64,000 nucleotides of DNA, from contig OZ361259.1 in the NCBI GenBank assembly GCA_977018835.1, positions 4,154,001 to 4,218,000 of the forward strand, written 5' to 3'. The notes beneath the pieces are model-generated. The model was not told where the DNA came from. It ran no database searches and was given only the letters and a program-made list of their open reading frames with translations. Below, one piece after another: positions 54,620 to 64,000 of the stretch. The translations under genes were made by a program, and so were the position numbers. How positions within the stretch are numbered: position 1 is the first letter of the stretch; each line of letters starts with the position of its first letter. The stretch is from Minutocellus sp. GHC0000111 (lineage: Eukaryota).

Positions 54620-55872
54620 TTACACTACTGGAGGAACGCTCATTTGCAGACCCGAAAGAAGCCCCGGATTCTTGAAACCAAGCAACAGACATATTGGAAT
54701 CGTCCGCACAACAGGTTTGTACCATGCTACCAGAGCGATTGCAAGCCACAATAGCGAAGTTTTAGCTTTGGTTTCTTCTGTTCAATTCCAAAGCCCATCA
54801 TGCTCCGATATTCAGGTGAGGCATTGTCAACGGCAAGGCTCCATTTCCGCTTCATCTGGTAGCTACTGCCGTATTGGGGACCGAATAACCATCCGACCAA
54901 CGCGCCGGCAATAAAACCTCCGACGTGGCCTGCATTACTAATTCCTGGCGTCATAGAGCCAAAAATTATCAACCAGATCATATTTTTGAATATGGATGCT
55001 GAGGCTGCCTTGTTCCCCATTCGATTGAGCATAATGAACATTAACCCCTGAAGTCCACATATTCCCGAAGACGCTCCTAGGCATAAGCCCAACGCCGCTG
55101 GACCGGATGATGCCACCGAAGAATGGGCCAGATTCCCAGCCACAACCGAGGCCAAATAAGTTGATAAATATAGCAACCGGCCGAGGCCTTCCTCTACAAA
55201 ACTCGGGATGCTCCACAAATACCTCATATTAAAGGCCAAGTGCAAGGCACTACCGTGTAGAAACCCAGAGGTGATAAGGCGATGAGGCTGAATAGAGCTC
55301 AGAACTGTTTGGTGCGCAAAATCCATTGTGAAGGCACCAACGCTTGATGCCGCAATGTAGGGCTGACCAAATGTACTGGCGCGGCCCATGATCGTCAAGG
55401 AAGATTCACCGAGGACCATTCTTCGAGCGAGATCAGACCCCTTCAGTGCGACCGCCCCTCCTGCCCTTGATCTTGATAAAATGCTGCTCAATATCGGTGC
55501 ATAATTAGCGGCACTTAGGATTTGAAGCAAAAAGAAGGCAATATTGAGAGCAACAAGAATCTTCTGGATGCTTAGACTCGATAATATTCCTCGTCCTCGA
55601 CCACGTGTCAAGCCCATTCGCTTCCGTCGGAAATATTCATCGTCAAAACCGACTGGACCACGAGCATAGATTGCTATATTCCGTCGCTTGGACCTATTAT
55701 CGGAGACGGATGGCACAAAGCTTCTAGAATATTGGCGGCTCAAATCCAAGGCTGATGAAGGAATACAATTTTTGCTTTGACATGATAGATGTAGAAAAGA
55801 TCCTCCTCTAGTTGGCGCCTCAAAGCCCTCACAAAAAGAAATATTGCTGAGGAGAAATACTATCGATGCCAT
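54620..55872 (-). CDS. Rhomboid family serine protease (in frame with upstream kinase; probable 1-nt frameshift ~54751)
   Basis: HRLITSGFLHGSALHLAFNM, GASSG and SNAGHVGG. The alternative frame continues RYLWLAIALV...PPVV*. Confidence 0.85.
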
Positions 55873-57288
55873 AAATAGAGCAGGTAATAAACCGCTGCAT
55901 TTCACTCGGCATCGATGTTTTTTTGCAAAATCGCCTGAGTTCTGATGGTGCCTTTGGACCTGACTAGTTCTTCGTGAGACGTCTCGTCTTGTCTTGGCAA
56001 TTGCGACGGCATCCCGTTTCGCGCTCTCTATGTCCTCTGGGAAAATGATGGGTGACACAAAGAGATCGTCTGAAACCATTAAGTGCAAAACTTGACGATA
56101 AGTGGCCGCTGGCGGCAATTGTCCTGATGCAAACCATGGCATTTTGAGGCATGTGGAAGCAGATATTCGATTCAGAGGGTCCAGCGACACAGTTGCATTC
56201 GCCACCTCCTTCAAATTTTGACATGTCCCTATCCTCGGCACACTTGCTTCGATGCCCTGAAATTCCCTAAGGTCAAAACGAATCTTACCAAAATCGGGCA
56301 AGGATGAAGCGCCTGGCCAATTCTTTTCCGATGGAGTGCCGAGGATGTCAAATATCCGATTCAATTGGTCGATGTCATTCCGTCCAGGGAACGTCGTCCG
56401 AAGAGTGAGTAGCTCGCAAAGGATTAGACCTGCGCCCCAAATGTCCTGAGAGGGATGAGCAAATATCTCGCCAAGAAAAATTTCTGGGGCTCGGTAATTG
56501 ATCGCGCAAAGCGCATGCGATGGGAGCTTCTCGCCGTCGTTGCCCTGATGGCTGCTTCTCTCCATTTCGCTGCCTTGTCGAAGTGAAGGACAAGCCGTGG
56601 CCAGTCCAAAATCACAAAGTTGAATACGCCCAATGGAACTAATCATAAAATTTGCAGGATTCACGTCGCCGTGGATAACACCGTGTTCATGACAATGCTG
56701 CAGAGCCGACATCAAGTCTCGAAATATCGCCTTGACTGAGTCGTCTGGTATCATCCCACCGCCGGCATCGCCCTCTCGAATGTTGTATCGTCGGCGCTGG
56801 ATGGCCGAACTCAGATCGGAGGGACAATAGGGAAATGCCAGTGATAGCCCCATCCCGCGACTGAGACCAGACTGTGATGGATAAGCAGCGAGCAGCGGGA
56901 CGATGCAAGAGTGCTTTCCGGATGCCAACGATCGGAGGGCTGCCAACTCGGCAAATGCCTCTCTGCTCAGCTGTGGGGGCTTGGCACTGCTGCTGTTGCT
57001 GGTTGTGTTTGCAGTGATGCCATCATCGGTACCAGTACCAGAATGAGCACCAGTCGCAGCAAATCCCCACGAGCTCGCCAGTGACGTGCCCTCCACGCTG
57101 GAAGCAAGGACGGCATTCCGTATCGTCTTGACAGCAGCGTAGCTCCACGATCCTCCTGTTTCAACACCGCCGATGGAGGTGTTGTTGCCGGTGCTACTAG
57201 GCCGATACAGGGCGATTGAGACCTCTCCAAAGCTCCCCGATGCTATGGATGTGTTCCCATACCTATTGTCATCGATTTCTTCAATCAT
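55873..57288 (-). CDS. CDK-like (CMGC) Ser/Thr kinase, no stop before the rhomboid domain
   Basis: ASGSFGEV, AAVK, HGDVNPANF, DFGLA, NYRAPE, DIWGAG, FPGRNDIDQLNRIFDILGTP and LDPLNRISA. Confidence 0.85.
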
Positions 57289-57463
57289 GGCGCAAAAGGT
57301 TGCAAAATAATACGCATCCATGCGGTACCGGTGTACCTGTACCGGTGCCGTCATTCAATTCAAAATGAGATTGCTTAACGGTTGTTACCAATCTCCCTGA
57401 AACGAATTTACAATCGAGCGTGACGATGACGCATCAAGTTGCCATGTATGCCAGATCAGCTAT

Positions 57464-57555
57464 CATTGCCTCGCCTCGTCAGTTGCGCTTGCTACGTATG
57501 TAGCTTAGATCATCGACGCATTGCCTCGCCTCGTCAGTTGCGCTAGCTACGTATG
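57464..57555. repeat. 37-nt direct repeat (2 copies) in a divergent intergenic region
   Basis: CATTGCCTCGCCTCGTCAGTTGCGCT(T/A)GCTACGTATG at 57464 and 57519. Confidence 0.85.
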
Positions 57556-57595
57556 CGTAGATAGATCAGCACATTTCTACATCTGAGTCGCAAAC

Positions 57596-58531
57596 ATGCC
57601 CTCTTTTCGCACGCAAGTAGTTTTGCTTTATCAGGCATTTGCATTGACGAGAGCATTCTCGGACATCACCATCGTCGGTCAGGCGGGTGGCGCCCCACAA
57701 AAGCTCCCAGGAAGTTGCGTGAAGCGATTTACACGGTGGTCCGTGGAGAAGCTTTCCAGTGAAAGCCCAACTCTCCAAAGGCTGCCAACGGAGGGAGATG
57801 ATAGCTTTGTGAACCCCACTTCGACGGAGGAAGTGTGGTGGCCAATGGACATATCTAACCTGCAATCCCGTCCGTGCCTGGATGTGCTGATACAAGGTGG
57901 GCAGCCCAAGTACGCAATGGCGGGTCTGACGGTGCGAGTTCCCGAAGAAGCATCGAGCGACGGAAATGATTGGAGGAATTATGGATTAAATTCGCAGCCC
58001 CTTGCTGGGCAGTGGACGACGTTTGCCTTTGCCGTGGAGGGAGGATTTAGAGTTGAATGCTTTGTAGGCACGAGCGATGCTGACGAAGGAACAAAAGCCA
58101 ATGACGCAAATAAGGAAGACGACAGCACAACGCTTTATGAGAGGATATTCCCCGGTGATCTGGGTGCGTTGAATGATCGACCAAGTGCCCATGCGATGTT
58201 TGCAGCTCAACGAACAAGCGATGCGTTGGAATCACTTGGCGTATTTCTATCGGGCATTGATGATACATCTCCTTTGAGCAATGGATTTCATTTGGTATCA
58301 TTCCCTCTGACTGATGACTGGATAGAGCTTCCGAAACTAAAGAGTGAAAAGGGATACAAGCTGCTTTGTGTGGCCACAGCAGAACCGGATGCCGAAAAGC
58401 TTATCGAGATGGACGAAGGGCTTGTCCAAATGACGGCTACAAGTGTCATGAAGGTTGATCTTTTGCCTACGGCTTCTGGGTCCGAGAGCGAATACCTACC
58501 AGCAAGTTATAAGCCTCTGTACAAGAAATAA
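57596..58531 (+). CDS. Hypothetical protein with signal/plastid-type leader
   Basis: 311 aa; leader ends TRA-F. Confidence 0.65.
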   Translation: MPSFRTQVVLLYQAFALTRAFSDITIVGQAGGAPQKLPGSCVKRFTRWSVEKLSSESPTLQRLPTEGDDSFVNPTSTEEVWWPMDISNLQSRPCLDVLIQGGQPKYAMAGLTVRVPEEASSDGNDWRNYGLNSQPLAGQWTTFAFAVEGGFRVECFVGTSDADEGTKANDANKEDDSTTLYERIFPGDLGALNDRPSAHAMFAAQRTSDALESLGVFLSGIDDTSPLSNGFHLVSFPLTDDWIELPKLKSEKGYKLLCVATAEPDAEKLIEMDEGLVQMTATSVMKVDLLPTASGSESEYLPASYKPLYKK

Positions 58532-58749
58532 AGTGTCAACGAAGCTGGCTTGAAAATTCTGAATTGTCTATACAGATAGATATTCGTTTTAGATGTAGTC
58601 AAGAGTAAACATTCTCATAAGTACGTACAAAAGTAGATCTACATGTAGATCAACAAAAGCAAGCAACACCCAACTTTTGGTTTTTGAGATCAAAAGAGAG
58701 TTCGTCCCCGAATTGTTGCCGCCTGCTGCCTTCATTTTCCTCCTGCCGG

Positions 58750-58777
58750 TAGATCTAGAGGAGCTCCTCTAGATCTA
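58750..58777. repeat. Perfect 28-bp palindrome
   Basis: TAGATCTAGAGGAG|CTCCTCTAGATCTA. Confidence 0.9.
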
Positions 58778-59528
58778 GATCTACGTGCGTCCACAATGAA
58801 CCAACAGTAATATTTTTAAGCAAGAAAGCGCTTGCTGCATACACATGCTCAGCTACATGTGATTAGAGATTCTTTAATCATGTATGGATGGGCTGAAAAG
58901 CGAGAGAGACAGCGAAGACTTCAGCTTTTTGACATTTGCGACTGAGCTCATAACCCATTTTGGACGGCGGACGTCTTGCCGCCGACCGAGACCGCACAAG
59001 TTGACACCCCTGTCGATCGTGTCCTCAGAAAACTCTGCCCGTCCATCTCGCCTGCCTGCCATCCATCTCCGCCTGGTGAACGACCATTACTGGTAGATCT
59101 ACCTCTTCAAGATTGAACAGACCAACACTGCATTGAGTGATAATGATTTCTCTATATTTGTGGTATTTTATTTGTACAGTACGATCAATATATTCGTACA
59201 ATAAATTAGCAATGATTTTTTTCTTTTTTTTTTTGCGCATTTGATTGATTGATAGCGATGATTGATTGCGTTGATCATAATAATGGTAGCAGATTGTAGC
59301 GTGTGATTTGTAGTAGTGGGTGTTGCAACTGACCAATTGGAAGGAGGATCGATGATGAATGATCGTTTCTACCTCCGGCGGTCTCTATAGCAACTAGCTG
59401 TGATATGTTCGTGTGATCTAGAAAATAAATGATGAGAATGAAGGTGATGGCATCCTCAAAACTGGTTAGCGTAGCTAGCGTAGATATGTATAGCTTCGAC
59501 GTTGCCGGGCATGCCGATGCCCAGCTAG

Positions 59529-60587
59529 CTAGAAGTCCAGGTCGAAGACCTCATCGGAACGGCAGTCCTCCTCGTCGTTGTCGACGAGGGCTGGGCCAGG
59601 GCCGAAGAGGGGCTGGGCGTTGTCCTTGGCGGCGGCGACGAGGTCGGGGAAGAGGGGAGGCGGAGCGCTCGAGGGACGGTCGGGCTCGCCGGTGAGGAAC
59701 TCTCCGTAGGCCTCGGAGTGGGTGACGATCCTCCCGTTGGAGATGCGGCGGTTGCTGCGGCGGATGCTGGACGAGATGGCCGCCGTCGTGGTCATCATCC
59801 GGCTTGGCCGCTGCTGCTGATCTTGGAAATTGACGGCCCAGCCATCGTCGTCGTCGTCCTCGAGGCTGAGAGAGCTACCGGCCGACACCTCAATGTGCGA
59901 CCGACGCGTCTGGATGATGTTCTCGACGCACCGGTCCGTCTGGAGGAGGTAGGCGCGGTGGTGGTTGGAGTCGTCGAGCGGGTCGGAAGACCTTGAGCTT
60001 GTGCTGGCTTCGGTGCGACCCGCATGATCTGGTGACTCGTGCTTGTAATAGTCATCGTCGTCGTCTTCGTCGTCTTCGGAGAACAGGGACTCGAGGAGGC
60101 CGGGGTTCATGGCCCCCTCAGACCTGCTCATGCGCTGCTGCATTTGGACGAGCTGGCGCTCCTGCAGCTGGGCACGCTGGCGATTTCGCATACCCTGGAC
60201 GAGGCGGTGAAACATGGCCAGATCGCGCCATTCCGCCGCGACGGTGTCCTCCTGCAACTGGAGCTCGGATGCGGTCCGGGGAAGACGATTCTTGATGGGG
60301 ATGGTCTTCTTGGGCGGATTGATCGGAGATCGGAGAGGACCGGCGGTGGTGGTGGGTTGCCTCGCGCCCTTTTCATTGGTCACCTCTGACATGCCTCTCC
60401 TGACATCTTGGAGGTTGAGGAGTGGAAAGTCTTTCTCGACCTTGGAAGTCCGTGGAAGCTGAAGAGGCGATCCCCGACGGCGCTTGGGAGAGGCAGACAA
60501 GGAGGACTTGTTCATGCTTGTTGACATGAGTGGTGTTGTGGTTGGATCAGAGTGCTCGCGGTGGGGGTAATAGTACGCATGCGCCAT
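59529..60587 (-). CDS. Hypothetical low-complexity protein
   Basis: 352 aa with biased codons; helical RTASELQL...MFHRLVQGM segment and C-terminal EVFDLDF. Confidence 0.65.
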   Translation of the reverse strand: MAHAYYYPHREHSDPTTTPLMSTSMNKSSLSASPKRRRGSPLQLPRTSKVEKDFPLLNLQDVRRGMSEVTNEKGARQPTTTAGPLRSPINPPKKTIPIKNRLPRTASELQLQEDTVAAEWRDLAMFHRLVQGMRNRQRAQLQERQLVQMQQRMSRSEGAMNPGLLESLFSEDDEDDDDDYYKHESPDHAGRTEASTSSRSSDPLDDSNHHRAYLLQTDRCVENIIQTRRSHIEVSAGSSLSLEDDDDDGWAVNFQDQQQRPSRMMTTTAAISSSIRRSNRRISNGRIVTHSEAYGEFLTGEPDRPSSAPPPLFPDLVAAAKDNAQPLFGPGPALVDNDEEDCRSDEVFDLDF

Positions 60588-61067
60588 TTGGGGAATGGAC
60601 GGAGAAAATGGGTGATGCCGGAAGATTCACCGGCTTCTTGCTTTGAATCACAAAATCAACGTGAACCACGAGATTTTGGCGCGATGCCTGCGCGATGCCG
60701 AAGAACAAGCAGCTGCTTCCTCAGCTGCCGTCTCACCGGGTGTCACCTCTGACATCGGCGACTTTTTTAGATACACAAAATCGAAAGAAGACCCGAACCA
60801 GCAGAACGAGCGCCGAACGAGCGCAGAACGAGCGTTTTGAGTCAGAAAGAAATGCAAGAAATCCCTGAAAGACGCCGTCCGATTTTGTGAGGCCTGAACC
60901 GGACGACGGAAATGACGACACTCATGATTGAGCGAATGCATGCGCATAGGCTAGCGCATGCACGGTGATGTGATGCAAGCGGCCGATTCATTGACTCATA
61001 CTGGCTTCGCTCTTGATACTTTTCGAGTTGTAAATTTAGAGATAGCACTCTGACCCCTTCTTTCACC

Positions 61068-62384
61068 ATGTCCAGCATTGGGCCTGCTGGTGTAACCATC
61101 ACCAACAGTAAGCGGCCCCGAAACGAGGATCGCGACCACCCACAACCGCCGCCACCCAAACGGAACATCCCCGTGAGCCTGGGCAAGCCATCGCTCCGTC
61201 TGCGGTTGGAGGCGTACTACTCCCTGATTGCGCCCGAGACCATTGCCGACGAGGCGTCGTGGAGGAAACGCTTCGAGCAGATCTACGACAAGTTCGGCGG
61301 GACCGTCGAGGGGGAGGCCAAGCTCGCTGCCAAGCTCGCAAAGAAGTATGGGACCAACGTCCGCCTTTTGCTCACCACAACAGCAGCAGCAGCGTCCTCG
61401 ACGGCGACAAGTGGCAATGGGACAAACACTAGCATCAATACACCTAGCGATGCACAATCGCATGCAACAGCAAGTAATCGCAGCGAAGAGTGGTATGAGT
61501 TGACCGCGTCGGAATACAACAGCGGCGACATATCCTTTGTATCCAGCAGCTTCGATCCCTACGCGGCACTCTCGGCGGACATGAGTGACGTGCTGAAAGC
61601 CAATCCATTCGTTGCGCAGGCTCCGATGATTGACAATGTATCGAAATTCCGCCGGCTATTACCAAGGGAAGATCCACAACATTTGCTACCGTCGAAGCGA
61701 TCGGCCGCGGCCGCGGCTGCAACCAGAGCTCAACAAAAGGCAAAGGCTGCGTCGGGTACTTCCGCCGCTGCCACTCACAAAATTGCAATCCCCGGTGCAT
61801 TCACTGCACTGGCGGATCGATTCGACAAGGGACCATTCGCTCTGCTTCGAGATATTCACACCAAGAAGCAGCGGGTGCGCGTCATGGTCCGCTACGTCGA
61901 CTGCGTCCGGGGAACCTTGACTGGATACGTCCTTGCGTTCGACAAGCACTTCAATATGATATTGCGCGATGTCGATGAGATGTATTCCGGAAGAGCAACC
62001 AAAGCTGGGGCTACCGATGAAAAAAATGGTGGGATTGGGATTGATGGGAAACTATCCAATGTGGAGGTTGAGGTCAAGAGACGAACGTGCTTCGTGGGAG
62101 GAAGTGGTGGTGGTCGGAAGAGCAATACAAATGCGAACAATGACAACGGCGTATTGCTCAAGCGTCGTCATATCCAGCAGATGCTCGTCAGGGGAGATTG
62201 CGTGGTGGTGATCTGGAGAGCAGACGAAGAGCGTTCGGCGTATCCACCGGCATCAGATTCCAACAACAGCGCAGCTCCAAAAGGGGGTGGCATGCCATCG
62301 GCGGGGGCTCTCTTGGCGGCTCGGGCTTGGTCGGCGACAGGGAAGGAGGAGTTGAGATACAGAAATGATAAGCGTCTTCACTAA
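61068..62384 (+). CDS. LSM11: LSm11-like (U7 snRNP-type) Sm protein
   Basis: Long N-terminus with FDPYAAL; GPFALL...RVRVMVR...RGTLTGYVLAFDKHFNMILRDVDE (Sm1), an insertion, then RHIQQMLVRGDCVV (Sm2). Confidence 0.8.
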   Translation: MSSIGPAGVTITNSKRPRNEDRDHPQPPPPKRNIPVSLGKPSLRLRLEAYYSLIAPETIADEASWRKRFEQIYDKFGGTVEGEAKLAAKLAKKYGTNVRLLLTTTAAAASSTATSGNGTNTSINTPSDAQSHATASNRSEEWYELTASEYNSGDISFVSSSFDPYAALSADMSDVLKANPFVAQAPMIDNVSKFRRLLPREDPQHLLPSKRSAAAAAATRAQQKAKAASGTSAAATHKIAIPGAFTALADRFDKGPFALLRDIHTKKQRVRVMVRYVDCVRGTLTGYVLAFDKHFNMILRDVDEMYSGRATKAGATDEKNGGIGIDGKLSNVEVEVKRRTCFVGGSGGGRKSNTNANNDNGVLLKRRHIQQMLVRGDCVVVIWRADEERSAYPPASDSNNSAAPKGGGMPSAGALLAARAWSATGKEELRYRNDKRLH

Positions 62385-62740
62385 CTTACTTTTGGGTTCT
62401 CTTTCGCGATCTATATCATCGCTATCTAATGGCGTGCTTTTAATGCATTACATGTACATGTATTGAGATCTACATGTACGGCAATGACTTGCATGGTGGT
62501 TCATACCGCGAGTGGCTGGCTGGGTGGCATGGAGCAATTCTTGCAAGGCGCAAGGCCGTCACGAAAATAACATTTCCAGGTCAATGGTATTTTCCATAAA
62601 ATTCTGCGAAAACGCCAAGTCATCATGCCAATGCAGTCAGAAAAGGGCAGGTCACAACCCGAGCGTATTAGACGGCTTGACAAATGACGGTTCAAACGCG
62701 ACGAATGCGCCGCCTATCGCCCTCGGGGGGCAAGGCACCA

Positions 62741-63784
62741 ATGGCGGAGGCAGTATCCTCCGACGATGAGCGAAGCGAGGGGTCGGGAGAGCACGAAATG
62801 AGTGTGTCTTCGGCAGGAGCAGCTGCTGCTACTGCAGGGGGTCCCGCCACCACCCCATCCACGGCGAAGGGACCGACACCGCTGTCGGAGCACGGGGCTC
62901 TTCCGTGGACGGGGGCGCTGGTATGGCCGCTCCTCTTGACGCTTCCGTTGGTGCTGTCGAATCCATTGAGCTTCACCTCCTACAGAGAAGTGTTCCCTTC
63001 GGACTGGTACGAGTACGATCCAGCCACCGACAAGCCCAAGCCGCTGGGACTCACTCTCGGCGTCCTTGCCGTGGCGGTCGGCCAGCTCTTTGTTCTGGCC
63101 TTCTTCTATCTGTATCGGCACCGATACCTGACACGTGGTGTCGAACCCATGCCCATCCAGTCCAAGGGTGCGCGCCCGTACGACTTTGCCGAGGGGGTGC
63201 AGACGCACCTGTCCCAGCCCGAGGGCTTCGTCCTGTTGGTGGCCTACCTCTCCGTCACGTGGATGCTCGACCTGATGCCCAAGTCCTACTACTCCTTCGA
63301 GGGGTCCATCCAGTGGGGCAGCCTGTTCGCCTGCCTCGTCATCCAGGACGGAATCCAGTACGCCATGCACATGCTCGAGCACCGTCTCAGTCCGACCATC
63401 TACCAAAAGTCGCACAAGCCCCACCACCGCTTCACCAACCCCCGCATGTTCGATGCCTTCAACGGATCGTTGGCCGATACCATCCTCATGATCCTCATTC
63501 CCCTGTACAGCACGGCCACCATCGTTCGGACCTGCAACGTCTGGACCTACATGGCCTTCGGGTCGATGTACGCCAACTGGCTGACCATGATCCACTCCGA
63601 ATACGCTCTGCCGTGGGACGGTGTGTTCCGATGGTTCGGACTGGGTACGGCCGGTGACCACCACGTCCATCACAAGGTGTTCAAGTACAACTTTGGCCAT
63701 CTGTTCATGTGGTTCGATATGCTGGGCGGAACGTACCGACGACCGGAGGCGTTTGCTCCCAAGCTCTTCAATGTCGGCGCATGA
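62741..63784 (+). CDS. AltSQE: Alternative squalene epoxidase (fatty acid hydroxylase superfamily)
   Basis: His boxes HMLEH, HKPHH and HHVHH. PKPLGL.LG.LAVAVGQ, IQSKGAR.Y, QPEGFVLL and FTNPR.FDAFNGS match the diatom AltSQE as I recall it. Confidence 0.88.
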   Translation: MAEAVSSDDERSEGSGEHEMSVSSAGAAAATAGGPATTPSTAKGPTPLSEHGALPWTGALVWPLLLTLPLVLSNPLSFTSYREVFPSDWYEYDPATDKPKPLGLTLGVLAVAVGQLFVLAFFYLYRHRYLTRGVEPMPIQSKGARPYDFAEGVQTHLSQPEGFVLLVAYLSVTWMLDLMPKSYYSFEGSIQWGSLFACLVIQDGIQYAMHMLEHRLSPTIYQKSHKPHHRFTNPRMFDAFNGSLADTILMILIPLYSTATIVRTCNVWTYMAFGSMYANWLTMIHSEYALPWDGVFRWFGLGTAGDHHVHHKVFKYNFGHLFMWFDMLGGTYRRPEAFAPKLFNVGA

Positions 63785-64000
63785 TGATGCTGTGGAGGAT
63801 TATTGACCAGAGTACCGGCCACGGTGAAATGAGTGTTTAGATGTGCGAAAGCTAAGATACGTAAATGTCTTTTATGTGCCACAATGCACCTGTACCTTGA
63901 TATTAGCTTTATGTTTCGCTTACGAGTATATATATATACAGATTCTTCCAAGCGTGATCCGACTTCAAAGCAAACCCATCACCAAGTCTAGAACTCGCCA

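Noticed and set aside
62714..63700. 328-aa antisense ORF over AltSQE
   Set aside because: Shadow ORF from C-ending codon bias of the sense gene; no motifs.

Overview
Gene-dense eukaryotic nuclear DNA, almost certainly from a diatom (short GT-AG introns, signal peptide + AF/AW plastid-targeting motifs, an AltSQE-type squalene epoxidase). It holds about 35 protein genes, including NCAPD3, LarB, RRN3, dCMP deaminase, a UBL-eL41 fusion, CWC18, adenylate kinase, FIS1, ZIP transporter, NAA35, a GH1 glucosidase, an RCC1-repeat protein, LSm11 and AltSQE. A ~2.4 kb mobile-element region carries a Ty3/gypsy remnant inside possible CACTA-like termini. Highlights: (1) an FTR1 iron permease head-to-head with a BRUTUS/HRZ-like hemerythrin-CHY-RING iron-sensor E3 ligase across a 602-bp palindrome-rich spacer; (2) two 135-nt near-identical introns around a 15-nt micro-exon, suggesting recent intron gain; (3) a ubiquitin-like domain fused to ribosomal eL41; (4) a eukaryotic LarB with a mitochondrial-type presequence; (5) two tandem plastid-targeted proteins sharing an unrecognised C-terminal Cys motif. 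Many genes carry frameshifts, a nonsense codon or truncations, so the region is either error-prone assembly or a decaying haplotype/duplicate. All family calls come from motif recognition; no database searches were run.
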